43,484 nucleotides of DNA. Source: a bacterium. GTDB lineage: Bacteria > RBG-13-61-14 > DATKZS01. A program made the translations under genes and the position numbers. The notes below the pieces were generated by a model that saw nothing but the letters and a program-made list of their open reading frames with translations, had not been told where the DNA came from and made no database searches. Shown here in pieces: positions 1 to 8,923 of this stretch (positions are counted from its first letter, which is position 1; the number at the start of each line of letters is the position of its first letter). The stretch spans positions 1 to 43,484 of the forward strand of contig JAWOBU010000122.1 of NCBI GenBank assembly GCA_046484135.1, given 5' to 3'.

Positions 1-2064
1 TGCCTTCAGCTTTCTCAAATGTTCCGGAGATATCCTTCTCTCCTGCGTGTTCCCTCCGCCCAGTTCTTTGAATTTTTTCTTGTCCCTTTCCCGGATAGAG
101 TCAAAAACTTGACGTGGCGAAGGTGTGTTTTCCGGCCAGGGACACTCTTCAATGGTAAAGGGGTTTTGTTCTTCGGGGTCGGATTTAAGATCGTAACAGG
201 TTATGGATCCGTCCTGGTGGAACATGGCCTTATGGCCGTGCCGGTCAACAATGGCGCCCTTCTCCAGGCCGTACAGGACTTTCTCCGAGATCCAGAATCG
301 GTCCTCCGGTTTACCGGGCTCGGGCGGGTTGCCAGTGGCATCCTTTAAAAGGCTTTCTCCCGGGAACTTGTCTTCTATTCCGACCGCGTCCAGCATGGTG
401 GCCCCTATCCTTTTCAGGTCTACCCAGTGATTTACTGTGGCGCCGGCGAGCTTATTTTCCGGCAGCTTGATGATAAGCGGGACCTCGAGTATCTCCTTGT
501 GAAAAGCATGGCCGTGGGCAAAGCTCCCGTGCTCCCAGAACTCCTCGCCGTGGTCCGAGGTCAGGATGATGAGGGAGTCTTTGTAAAGGTCATTGTCCTT
601 GATCCAGTCCAGCAGTTTTCCCACCTGGTCGTCCGTAAATCTGACTTCTCCCTGGTAGCGCTGGAGCAGGTACTTCTTGTCCGGCTCGCGCATTCCGAAT
701 ATCTCCGCCCTGATATTGACGGGTACTCTCTCCAATGCCAGATACTTGGTCATGGGTGCGGGAGAAATTTCGGGCTTGTACTTTTCATGTTCGTAAAAAG
801 GTTGATGGGGGTCCATGTAATGAACCCAGAAAAAGAAAGGGCCGGGCGCTCTCTCTTGAAGAAGCTCGATGGACCGGGCGGTCTGGTGCTCTGCCGGCCC
901 TTCCCAGTTTTTTACGAGCGCCGTCTTCAGGGAGTAGAAGATACGGGAGATAAAAAAGCGTGGTTTCTGCTTTTTTCCCTTCAGCATTTCGTAATGCTCG
1001 AATCCCTGGTCGAACTCCCTTGCTTCGTTGATTTCATAATTAAAGACAAGGGCGGAAGTGTGATAGCCGACTTCCTGAAAGACCTCGGCAATGGTGCGGG
1101 ATTCGAGTAAAGGACCGGTGTGGTCGTGAGGATTTCCCGGTATCAGTATTCCCGCTCCACAGGCGGTCGGGCTCAGGCCGGTGAGGAAGCTTGCCACTGA
1201 CGGCGGTGTCCAGGAGCTGGGCGCCACTGCGTGTTCGAAGCGGATGCCGTCTTTTGCGAGTGAGTCCATGGCCGGGGTTTCCGGAGCTTGTTTGTCATAG
1301 CAACTAAGCTGGTCTGACCGGAGGGTATCTATGCTTATGAGGAAGACCGGCGGAGAGCCGGGTGGTGCCGCTGCCGGCCGGGACTTTCTGTAGTAGCTTG
1401 CGCCTGCGCCTGCGGCCGCAGTCGCGGCCATGGCTACGATGACGGCCACGTGGATGATCGGTCCCCATCTTTCCAGGAACTTTCTTCTTCCCCTCCACAT
1501 GCCGCGGATCAGGAGATAGTAGGCTGCGATAAAGAAGACAAGTATCCCGAGCACTGCCATGGCGCGGTAGTGAGGCTGGGAAAGAGCATGGCCGGCCACG
1601 GAGTACATTCCCACTGAAACCACTGCCACCGGCGCGAGCGCCCGGAAGCGGATGTTGCCGAGATGCGGGTCTCCGCGCGAAAGGTATGACCAGAGCATGG
1701 CCCCCAATCCGGCCAGAAGTGCGAGCAGCACACCGGCGGCCAGTATCTCCCACGGCACGGACGCCCGACCTACGTATCTTAAGCGGACCCACATGATAAG
1801 GACCAGGCCCACCAAGGCCAGGCTTCCCACCAGGCTGGTGGCCCGGCACGCCGTTTCTTTTTTCAGCTTGAGACCGCGAAAGAGGGGCCACACAGCCAGA
1901 GAGTATAAAACCACGACCGCGAAAGCCAGCACCAAAGCCCAGGCCAGGTCGTAAAACCGGTAATGAACATCAAAGACGACAAAGCCGACAAGCTCGACCG
2001 CCAGCAGTCCGGCGGCCATGGCTCCGGCTATCCTGAGATGAGTGAGAGGATTGTTCTCTCGCAT
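1..2064 (-). CDS. Membrane-anchored sulfatase-like / alkaline phosphatase superfamily protein, 3' end outside window
   Basis: Missing from the ORF track because its stop lies outside the window. Manual minus-strand translation from ATG 2064 (GGAGG SD upstream) gives N-terminal hydrophobic helices, then LISIDTLRSD, SWTPPSVASFLTG and LTSDHGEEFWEHG..HGH in one frame. Confidence 0.85.
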   Translation of the reverse strand, partial: MRENNPLTHLRIAGAMAAGLLAVELVGFVVFDVHYRFYDLAWALVLAFAVVVLYSLAVWPLFRGLKLKKETACRATSLVGSLALVGLVLIMWVRLRYVGRASVPWEILAAGVLLALLAGLGAMLWSYLSRGDPHLGNIRFRALAPVAVVSVGMYSVAGHALSQPHYRAMAVLGILVFFIAAYYLLIRGMWRGRRKFLERWGPIIHVAVIVAMAATAAAGAGASYYRKSRPAAAPPGSPPVFLISIDTLRSDQLSCYDKQAPETPAMDSLAKDGIRFEHAVAPSSWTPPSVASFLTGLSPTACGAGILIPGNPHDHTGPLLESRTIAEVFQEVGYHTSALVFNYEINEAREFDQGFEHYEMLKGKKQKPRFFISRIFYSLKTALVKNWEGPAEHQTARSIELLQERAPGPFFFWVHYMDPHQPFYEHEKYKPEISPAPMTKYLALERVPVNIRAEIFGMREPDKKYLLQRYQGEVRFTDDQVGKLLDWIKDNDLYKDSLIILTSDHGEEFWEHGSFAHGHAFHKEILEVPLIIKLPENKLAGATVNHWVDLKRIGATMLDAVGIEDKFPGESLLKDATGNPPEPGKPEDRFWISEKVLYGLEKGAIVDRHGHKAMFHQDGSITCYDLKSDPEEQNPFTIEECPWPENTPSPRQVFDSIRERDKKKFKELGGGNTQERRISPEHLRKLKA

Positions 2065-2220
2065 TCGAACACCTCCGGAGCATTTTGTATAAGGGCAATC
2101 CCTGCAACAAGGGATTCAAAAAGAGCATATCATAAAGCCGGGATTTCATAAACGGTATGTGGGGCGGAGCGGTGTAATCATAAAAGGTGGAGGCGTGGTA
2201 ATTTTCGAGTTTCTTAGTTC

Positions 2221-3066
2221 TCAGATGAGCTTGACCGTTTTCCCTTCCTGTGAGGCCCATATTTTGTCGTACTCTTCCCTGCACTCTTTTACCAGCCGGT
2301 CTATCTCTTTATCGGTGTGCATGGGGTCGTGGTGGAAGATGTAGAGCTGGTCCACGTTGAAATGCTTTGCCGTCCTGATGGCCTCGTCCCAGGTGGAGTG
2401 TCCCCAGCCGATCCTGGAGCCTGCGCCTGTCCTTCCGGTGTACTCGTCGTCGGTGTAGGCCGCGTCGTAGATCAAGAGGTTACATCCTTGTATAAGGTTG
2501 GCCAGCTCTTCGGGCATGTCCTCCTGGTGCTCGTTGTCGGAGCAGTAGACCACCGACTTTCCCTTGTAGCTGATGCGATAAGCCAGGCTTGACTGAGGAT
2601 GGTTCAAGGGCGCGGTCTTTACGGTAACGTCTCCGTAGTCCAGTGTGGTCCTCTCGTCAATGGTATGATACCTGGTCTGGGCCTGGAACACGTCCAGTCC
2701 GACCGGGAAGTAGGGGTACTTCATCTGTCCGGCGAGTATGGATTTGAGGCCTCGTTTTTTTCTTCCCTCTCCGTAGAAGTTGATGGTGTTCCCGGGATCG
2801 TAAAGGATCCCGCAGAAAGGAATGCCGCAGATGTGGTCCCAGTGATAGTGTGATATAAGGATGTCCGCGGTAAGCGGAGATTCCTGGGCAAGGGCCTGTC
2901 CCATGGGTCGGGCGCCGCTGCCCATGTCCACTATGAAAATCCGGTCCTTGCAGCGGACCTCGACGCAGGCGGTGTTCCCGCCGTACTTTATCGTCTCAGA
3001 CCCCGGAGTGGGAAGGCTTCCCCGCACTCCCCAAAACCTCACCCAGAACTCGTCCCTGCCGGCCAT
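2221..3066 (-). CDS. MBL-fold metallo-hydrolase (RNase Z/BN-like)
   Basis: GVRGS.P..YGGNTAC start, SHYHWDHICG metal motif, LNHP, GWGHST, FHHDP. Confidence 0.85.
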   Translation of the reverse strand: MAGRDEFWVRFWGVRGSLPTPGSETIKYGGNTACVEVRCKDRIFIVDMGSGARPMGQALAQESPLTADILISHYHWDHICGIPFCGILYDPGNTINFYGEGRKKRGLKSILAGQMKYPYFPVGLDVFQAQTRYHTIDERTTLDYGDVTVKTAPLNHPQSSLAYRISYKGKSVVYCSDNEHQEDMPEELANLIQGCNLLIYDAAYTDDEYTGRTGAGSRIGWGHSTWDEAIRTAKHFNVDQLYIFHHDPMHTDKEIDRLVKECREEYDKIWASQEGKTVKLI

Positions 3067-3097
3067 GCCATTTCCCCTCCACGTCCGCTTGTCCGCC

Positions 3098-3499
3098 TCA
3101 GCTTATAAACCTGCTTACCAGCCGCTTCTTTCCCTGCCTTTCAAAATCAACCACGATGACGTCATGCCCGCCCCGGGACCGGCACTTTTCCACCACCTGA
3201 CCCGTGTCCTGCCACTCCGGGTGATAGATCCACTCTCCTTTTATAAACCTCTCCCCGGACCGGTAATGCCTGACCACCCGCTTTTTCGGCTCTGGCTCTT
3301 CCGCCGGTTTTCGCGGGCGGGAACCGGGTTTTGCTTCCGATTCGCTCTTTAAGTCTTCCGGCCTTGCTTCCACCGGCTTGATCTCGTTGCACTCGGGGCA
3401 CCTGATCCAGATAAGGTCGGGATGGCTTTCTTCTTCCTGGACCACGGGCATGGCAATGCTCTTTTTACAGATGGAACAGTATTCCTGGACAAACTTCAT
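3098..3499 (-). CDS. Zinc-ribbon protein with C-terminal Tudor/SH3-like domain resembling the UvrD/PcrA C-terminal domain
   Basis: CSIC...CPEC, charged linker, then FIKGEWIYHPEWQDTGQVVE...VVDFERQGKKRL. Confidence 0.6.
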   Translation of the reverse strand: MKFVQEYCSICKKSIAMPVVQEEESHPDLIWIRCPECNEIKPVEARPEDLKSESEAKPGSRPRKPAEEPEPKKRVVRHYRSGERFIKGEWIYHPEWQDTGQVVEKCRSRGGHDVIVVDFERQGKKRLVSRFIS

Positions 3500-3534
3500 G
3501 TTTTACCCTGTGAGAAGTGAGGATTGCCGGCAGG

Positions 3535-3768
3535 CTACTCGTCCAGGATCTCCAGGATATAACGCCTGCCGTCTTTTCCGGAGGCGGCCATCATCAAGGT
3601 CCGGATCGCCTGGGCGTGAGCGCCTTTCTTGCCGATCACCTTGCCAATGTCCGCCTTGGCCACCCGAAGCTCGACAACGCAAGAGTAATCCCCGCTCACC
3701 TCGGTAACGGCCACCGAATCCGGATGATCAACCAACTTCTTAGCAATCAACTCAACCAACGAAGCCAT
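3535..3768 (-). CDS. khpA: Single KH-domain RNA-binding protein KhpA (UPF0109)
   Basis: LVELIAKKLVDHPDSV...DIGKVIGKKG..AQAIRTL; likely start ATG 3768 within ORF 3535..3804. Confidence 0.9.
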   Translation of the reverse strand: MASLVELIAKKLVDHPDSVAVTEVSGDYSCVVELRVAKADIGKVIGKKGAHAQAIRTLMMAASGKDGRRYILEILDE

Positions 3769-3991
3769 CGATTCGCACTCGCCCATAGCTTTAACCCCCA
3801 GCACCCTTTTTGCTTCTTGTTTCGCTTTGCGCTACCTTGCCGAATGATCTGTTGAGATATCTTATACCAACTGAGAAATTATTTCAACTAAAACCATACC
3901 CTTTTTCTGCCGGTCTTGTCAAATCCGGCCGGCGGTGCTATATTTAATTCCGGTTTGACCGGAGCTTACCAGTTCGTTTCAGAGGTTTATC

Positions 3992-4210
3992 ATGCCTTTC
4001 ATAAAATGTGAGTATTGCGGCAAGGAGTACGAGGAGGACCCGGGAAAGTTCTGCGATTACTGCGGCAGGGTGCTTGCAAGAAGGATTTTCGGGACCGGCG
4101 AGGAAGGCGGAGAATCCGTCCGGTGTAAAAACTGCGGCCACCCGAACGAGCCGGACGCCACGGTCTGCACCAACTGTGGGGAAAAGATTTACGAGAGGCA
4201 GACGCTTTAA
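3992..4210 (+). CDS. Double zinc-ribbon protein
   Basis: Four CxxC pairs (CEYC, CDYC, CKNC, CTNC); 6 bp upstream of the next gene. Confidence 0.75.
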   Translation: MPFIKCEYCGKEYEEDPGKFCDYCGRVLARRIFGTGEEGGESVRCKNCGHPNEPDATVCTNCGEKIYERQTL

Positions 4211-4216
4211 GGGCAG

Positions 4217-6406
4217 ATGTATTTCCGACTTGCAAGACGCCGCGGCTACTCGGCGGGCGAAGTTTCGGAGCTGGTTCTTTTTTTTATCATCGCTTGCGCT
4301 TTCGGTTCAGTGCTTGCAAGCGGTGAAGCCCTGGTTTCCGAAACTGTAATAATACTCCTCTTTTTCATTTGCGCTCCGTTTTTCCAGGAGAGGCTCCGCA
4401 AGATCAGCGGCCGCATATGGACGGGGCTCATCGTGGCCGGTCTCGTTTACAGCGTGTTCTTCGCTTTCTTGCCGGCGGCCGGCTTCGAGTCTTATTTCCA
4501 CGGTCTACTCAAGTTTCTTATCCTGGTGACCTTTATCCAGTACTTCAACCGGCGGAAGGCCCGGGACGAGCTTGTCCTGCTCCTTCTGGCCCTTCTTTTG
4601 GTGAGCGCCTCCACCATTCTCACCGTATCCATGTCCTTTCTGGCCTTGCTTTTCGTGTTTGTGGGACTGGTGATTACTTTTTTAATGATTCGGTCGGTGA
4701 GGGACGCGGCGGCAGAGGTGTTCGAGCATGACCGGAGCCTCAGAGAGAAGGAGCTTTCGGCTCAGGGGCCCCAACGTGAAGAAACGGTCCGGCAAACGGA
4801 AGCGCGGGTGTCCCTGCCCGGCAGGTTTCTGCGGTTCCCGTGGCTTTCCGCCCTGGTGATCCTGCTGGTGGGAGGAATGATCTTTTTACTGGTGCCGCGG
4901 GTGGGCCGGGGCCTTTTCGCCTGGCGGACCGGGATTCATTCTCGGGTTTCGGGTTACTCCGAGCGGGTGGACTTTGGCAGCGTGGGCGATCTTATGATGG
5001 ACGATTCCCTGGCCATGCGTGTCAAGCTGGAGGGCGTATCCGGGTCCGGCCCGTTTTATTTCCGCGGAAACGCGCTTAACCACTACACCGGCCGCGGCTG
5101 GCGGGACACCCTGGGAGCATGGAAGTATCTTCATTTCGGCAGGCAGGACACCATATCCATCGAGAAGATAGACTCGCTGGACAAGGTGATAAAGCAGGAG
5201 GTGATCCTCGAACCCAGTAACTCGGACCTGTTGTTCGCCATGCCGGAGCTTAAGACCATCAGCAGGCCCCGCCGCTTCCGGAGCCTTCTTCTTTACTGGA
5301 ACGATTACGTGGGCCTTCCCTATGGCGGAGGCGTTAATGACCGGCATACCTATAAAGCGTGGTCCGTGCCTTCCCCCCGCACCCGGGAGGACTGTGAAAA
5401 GGCTTACCAGGGTGCGGTGGAGCTGAAGCTCGAACAAGGCATGCAGTTATATCTCCAGCTTCCCGAAGGAATGGAGAGAATGGAATCGCTCGCCTCCCGC
5501 GTTACCGAAGAGCAGGAGACCGTCTGCGGCAAGATATTCGCCTTGCGCGATTTCTTCCGAGAGGAGTTCGAGTATGATCTTGATTCCCCCTCCGAGAGGG
5601 CGCCTGATCCCATCTCCCACTTTCTGTTCGAGTCCAGACGCGGCTACTGCGAGTACTTCGCCACCGCCATGGCCCTGATGCTCCGGAGCCAGGGTATTCC
5701 CTGCCGGCTGGCCGCGGGTTACTTGACCCAGGATTATAACCCCATTCAAGGCTACTACCGGGTGAAGGGCAACAGCGCCCACACCTGGGTCGAGGTCTAT
5801 CTGCCGGACAGAGACGACTGGCTCCTGGTGGACCCCACGCCGGCCGGACAAAGCTCTTCCCCGGTACCGTCGCTCTTGAACTGGCTCCGCGACCTAAGAG
5901 ACGCCGTCCAGTACCAGTGGGACCGGTACGTGATAGGCCTGGGTTTGAGAGAACAGTACATGATGGCCTTGCGGGCCAGAGACGGCACCGCGGAGGCGGG
6001 AAGGACCCTGGCCCGACTGCCTTCCTACATCTTAGGAGCTTTCCGGGACCTTTTAAGCTCAAGGCTGCTGGTATACGTTGCAGCCTTTTTTGCCGCCGGG
6101 TACGCGGCCTGGTTATTCCTCTCCCGGCGGAAAGGACGCCGCGGCCACGAGAAGGAAATGGACGCCCTGAAAAAGGAGTACAAAAAGCTCCTTGCGCTTC
6201 TTGCCAAAAGGGGGATAAAACGGGGCGTACAGGAGACACCGCTCGAGCTCGCCCAAAGAGCGGAAAAAACCGGCCGGGGGTTTGCCCCCGAGCTCCGAAG
6301 GGCCACCGACCTGTACCTCCTGGTACGGTTCGGAGGCTCTCGAGATAAAGCCCCCACCTTTGCCGCCATCTCCAAGGCCATGGCCAGCCTCCGCCGCCGA
6401 GATTGA
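4217..6406 (+). CDS. DUF3488 + transglutaminase-like membrane protein (TgpA-like)
   Basis: N-terminal TM helices; catalytic-triad motifs RRGYCEYFATAM, HTWVEVY, DPTP; C-terminal ETPLE..Y..VRFG. Confidence 0.85.
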   Translation: MYFRLARRRGYSAGEVSELVLFFIIACAFGSVLASGEALVSETVIILLFFICAPFFQERLRKISGRIWTGLIVAGLVYSVFFAFLPAAGFESYFHGLLKFLILVTFIQYFNRRKARDELVLLLLALLLVSASTILTVSMSFLALLFVFVGLVITFLMIRSVRDAAAEVFEHDRSLREKELSAQGPQREETVRQTEARVSLPGRFLRFPWLSALVILLVGGMIFLLVPRVGRGLFAWRTGIHSRVSGYSERVDFGSVGDLMMDDSLAMRVKLEGVSGSGPFYFRGNALNHYTGRGWRDTLGAWKYLHFGRQDTISIEKIDSLDKVIKQEVILEPSNSDLLFAMPELKTISRPRRFRSLLLYWNDYVGLPYGGGVNDRHTYKAWSVPSPRTREDCEKAYQGAVELKLEQGMQLYLQLPEGMERMESLASRVTEEQETVCGKIFALRDFFREEFEYDLDSPSERAPDPISHFLFESRRGYCEYFATAMALMLRSQGIPCRLAAGYLTQDYNPIQGYYRVKGNSAHTWVEVYLPDRDDWLLVDPTPAGQSSSPVPSLLNWLRDLRDAVQYQWDRYVIGLGLREQYMMALRARDGTAEAGRTLARLPSYILGAFRDLLSSRLLVYVAAFFAAGYAAWLFLSRRKGRRGHEKEMDALKKEYKKLLALLAKRGIKRGVQETPLELAQRAEKTGRGFAPELRRATDLYLLVRFGGSRDKAPTFAAISKAMASLRRRD

Positions 6407-6477
6407 AAACACTGCCGAGAGACAGGCGCCGGAAAAATTGACAGTCGGGAAAATATGTTGATACACTATTAAAAGAG

Positions 6478-6858
6478 ATGGCCAGGATTCTTATAGTGGA
6501 TGACAACCGCATGGTTCTCCAGGCACTTTCCGATCACCTCGAGTCCATAGGCTATGAGACCGAGGTGGCCTCCAACGGGGCGGACGCACTGGAGATCATT
6601 GATGCGGAGAAACCCGATGTAATCATCATGGACATCATCATGCCCGGCTTGAGCGGCATAGAAGTGACCCGCAAGATACGGCAGAGCCCGGAGACCGCGT
6701 CCATACCCGTCATTGCTTTTACCTCTCAGTCCAACCAGGGCAACTGGGGAGAACTGTTTGACGACTACCTGGTCAAGCCCTTCGGGTACGATACGGTGGG
6801 AGAGATAATCGAAAAGGTAAGGAGCGCTCCCTCGGGAAGGCCGCAGACGGGCTCGTGA
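6478..6858 (+). CDS. Single-domain response regulator (receiver)
   Basis: ILIVDD, DVIIMDIIMPG, IPVIAFT, YLVKPF. Confidence 0.9.
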   Translation: MARILIVDDNRMVLQALSDHLESIGYETEVASNGADALEIIDAEKPDVIIMDIIMPGLSGIEVTRKIRQSPETASIPVIAFTSQSNQGNWGELFDDYLVKPFGYDTVGEIIEKVRSAPSGRPQTGS

Positions 6859-6893
6859 ACTCATGTATCAAAGTCCCCCCTCCGGAACATGCA

Positions 6894-7415
6894 ATGAAAG
6901 AAAGATTACTTTTTACAGGATTATTGGCGGGAGCTTTACTGCTCGCCGGATGTTCGTATCACCTGGTCCGGGAAAGCCGGAAGTCCCTGCCCGGCGAGCT
7001 TGAGAGCGTTTTCATCCCGCTCGCCCGGAACGGCACCATCGAGGCCGGCCTGGAAGACACCTTCACCCAGGAGCTTATCCGGACCTTGCGGGCGGACGGC
7101 AGGATCAACCTTGCCGGGCCGTCCACCGCGGACGCGCGGCTTCAGTGCGAACTAAAGAAGCTCCGCACCACTCCCGCCAGCTACTCGGAACAGGGCAGGA
7201 TACTGGTGGAGAACGTTGTGCTGGAAGCGGAATGCCGGCTTATCATCCCGGAGACGGACAGCACGGTATGGAGCTCGGGCGTGGTCCGGGCCTCCGAGGA
7301 GTACCCGTTGGGGACGGACTACCTGAACAATGAGCGTCAAAGGGCGGTGGCCCTCCGCGAGGTCTGCCGCGATATCTCCGAGTCCGTCCGGTCCCTGCTT
7401 CTGGATTCCTTTTGA
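6894..7415 (+). CDS. lptE: LptE-family lipoprotein
   Basis: Lipobox LLAGC followed by SYHL; N.T.EAGLE..FT motif; directly upstream of holA as in the conserved lptE-holA arrangement. Confidence 0.75.
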   Translation: MKERLLFTGLLAGALLLAGCSYHLVRESRKSLPGELESVFIPLARNGTIEAGLEDTFTQELIRTLRADGRINLAGPSTADARLQCELKKLRTTPASYSEQGRILVENVVLEAECRLIIPETDSTVWSSGVVRASEEYPLGTDYLNNERQRAVALREVCRDISESVRSLLLDSF

Positions 7416-7481
7416 GCTTGCGCTTATAAAACAAACCTGCTTTTCGTGAAGACAAAGCAAATCCGTCAGAGCGGTAAGATT

Positions 7482-8519
7482 ATGAAGGACGTTTACGCGA
7501 AAGATTTCTGGGCTTCCTTTAAGAAGGGGGAGCTTTTTCCGGTGTACCTTTTACACGGTGATGACACTCGTTCGCTGGACCGGGCGAAAAAAGCGCTGGA
7601 GGACAAGGTGATCTCGCCGGAGCTTTCCGAGTTCAACTCGGACTACTTTTACGGCAAGGAGTCCGACATAAGCGAGGTCTTAAACTCGGTCCAGACCCTT
7701 CCCATGATGGCTGACAAGCGCTTTGTCCTTATAAAGCGGGCGGAAGAGATCAGCGGGCCGGCGCGGGACCGTCTTATCGAGTACATAAAATCACCCGCTT
7801 CTTCCACCGTGCTGGTGCTTGTCTCGCAGGGGCTTGCCTTGAAAGGGCAGGGCGCCCGGCAGGGGGACATAAACCTTGTCAAGGCGGTGTCTTCCTCGGG
7901 CATGTGCGTGAACTTTACAACCCCTAAACCGGACAAGCTTCCCGCCTACGTGGAAGGAATGGCGCGGGAGAGGGGAAAGCGCCTGGAAAGGCCGGCGGTA
8001 TCCGCGCTTCTGGACTTGACCGGCGCGGACTTGAAGGGCATCGAACAGGAGCTTGCGAAGGTATGTCTTTTTGTGGGGGACAGGGAGCTCATAACGGCTG
8101 ATGATGTGTCCGAGGCGGTCGCCGACATAAAAGAGGGGGAAATCTTCGAGTTTACCGACGCCATGGGCGATCGGGACATTGAGAAGTCCCTCCGGATCTA
8201 CCGGCTCATGCGGCAGGAGAACAAGGAGCCCATCATGATACTGAGCATGATCCTCCGTCACTTCCGGCTCATCTGGCAGATACAGGATTACCGGGAGCGA
8301 GGAGAGCCGGACGCCCAGATAGCAAAGAAGCTGAGGCTTCACCCCTATATCTTCAAGACCACCTACAAGCCCCGGGCGGACAAGTTCCCGGAGTCGGACA
8401 CCGGCAGGATAACCACCGTGCTCGCCGACCTGGACCTGAGCTTGAAAAGCAAGAACGTGGACAGGGACGTGTTATTCGAGCATACCGTGATAGAGCTGTG
8501 CCTAGGCCGCCCGGCTTGA
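7482..8519 (+). CDS. holA: DNA polymerase III delta subunit
   Basis: PVYLLHGDD, SEFN...FYGKE, TLPMMADKRFVLIK, IEQELAKV; convergent with rpsT. Confidence 0.9.
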   Translation: MKDVYAKDFWASFKKGELFPVYLLHGDDTRSLDRAKKALEDKVISPELSEFNSDYFYGKESDISEVLNSVQTLPMMADKRFVLIKRAEEISGPARDRLIEYIKSPASSTVLVLVSQGLALKGQGARQGDINLVKAVSSSGMCVNFTTPKPDKLPAYVEGMARERGKRLERPAVSALLDLTGADLKGIEQELAKVCLFVGDRELITADDVSEAVADIKEGEIFEFTDAMGDRDIEKSLRIYRLMRQENKEPIMILSMILRHFRLIWQIQDYRERGEPDAQIAKKLRLHPYIFKTTYKPRADKFPESDTGRITTVLADLDLSLKSKNVDRDVLFEHTVIELCLGRPA

Positions 8520-8783
8520 TTCCTTCAAGTTACGGACCGCCCGGGAAAGACGGGACTTGTAGCGGGACGCGGTGTTCCGGTGGATCACTCCCTTGGTAAC
8601 CGCCCGGTCAATCGCACTCCTGGCTTCCTTTAATAAAGACTCGGCCTTGTCAGCGTCCCCTTCCGCTACCGCGGCCTTCACCTGTTTGATCCGGTTGCGG
8701 TAAAAGGAGCGGTAGTGCTTGTTACGCTCCTTTTGCTTACGGTTCTGACGAAGCCGTTTCTTTGCATCAGCAAGATGGGCCAA
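8502..8783 (-). CDS. rpsT: 30S ribosomal protein S20
   Basis: AKKRLRQN..RN..YRS...IDRAVTKGVIHRNTASRYKSRL; TTG start with GGAGG SD. Confidence 0.95.
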   Translation of the reverse strand: MAHLADAKKRLRQNRKQKERNKHYRSFYRNRIKQVKAAVAEGDADKAESLLKEARSAIDRAVTKGVIHRNTASRYKSRLSRAVRNLKESSRAA

Positions 8784-8826
8784 TTTTAAACCTCCGTTCC
8801 ATTTGCCTCGTTAACTGGAATAAATT

Positions 8827-8854
8827 ATTTTAACCCCTTAAACGGAGATGTCAA
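8827..8854 (-). promoter_or_regulatory. Putative sigma70 promoter of rpsT
   Basis: TTGACA-N16-TAAAAT on the minus strand about 45 bp upstream of rpsT. Confidence 0.55.
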
Positions 8855-8923
8855 GTAAAGAGACCTTAAACAGAATCCAGCAACTGAAACGCATCTTGCC
8901 GAAAGCTGTGCCAGAGTAAGTAA

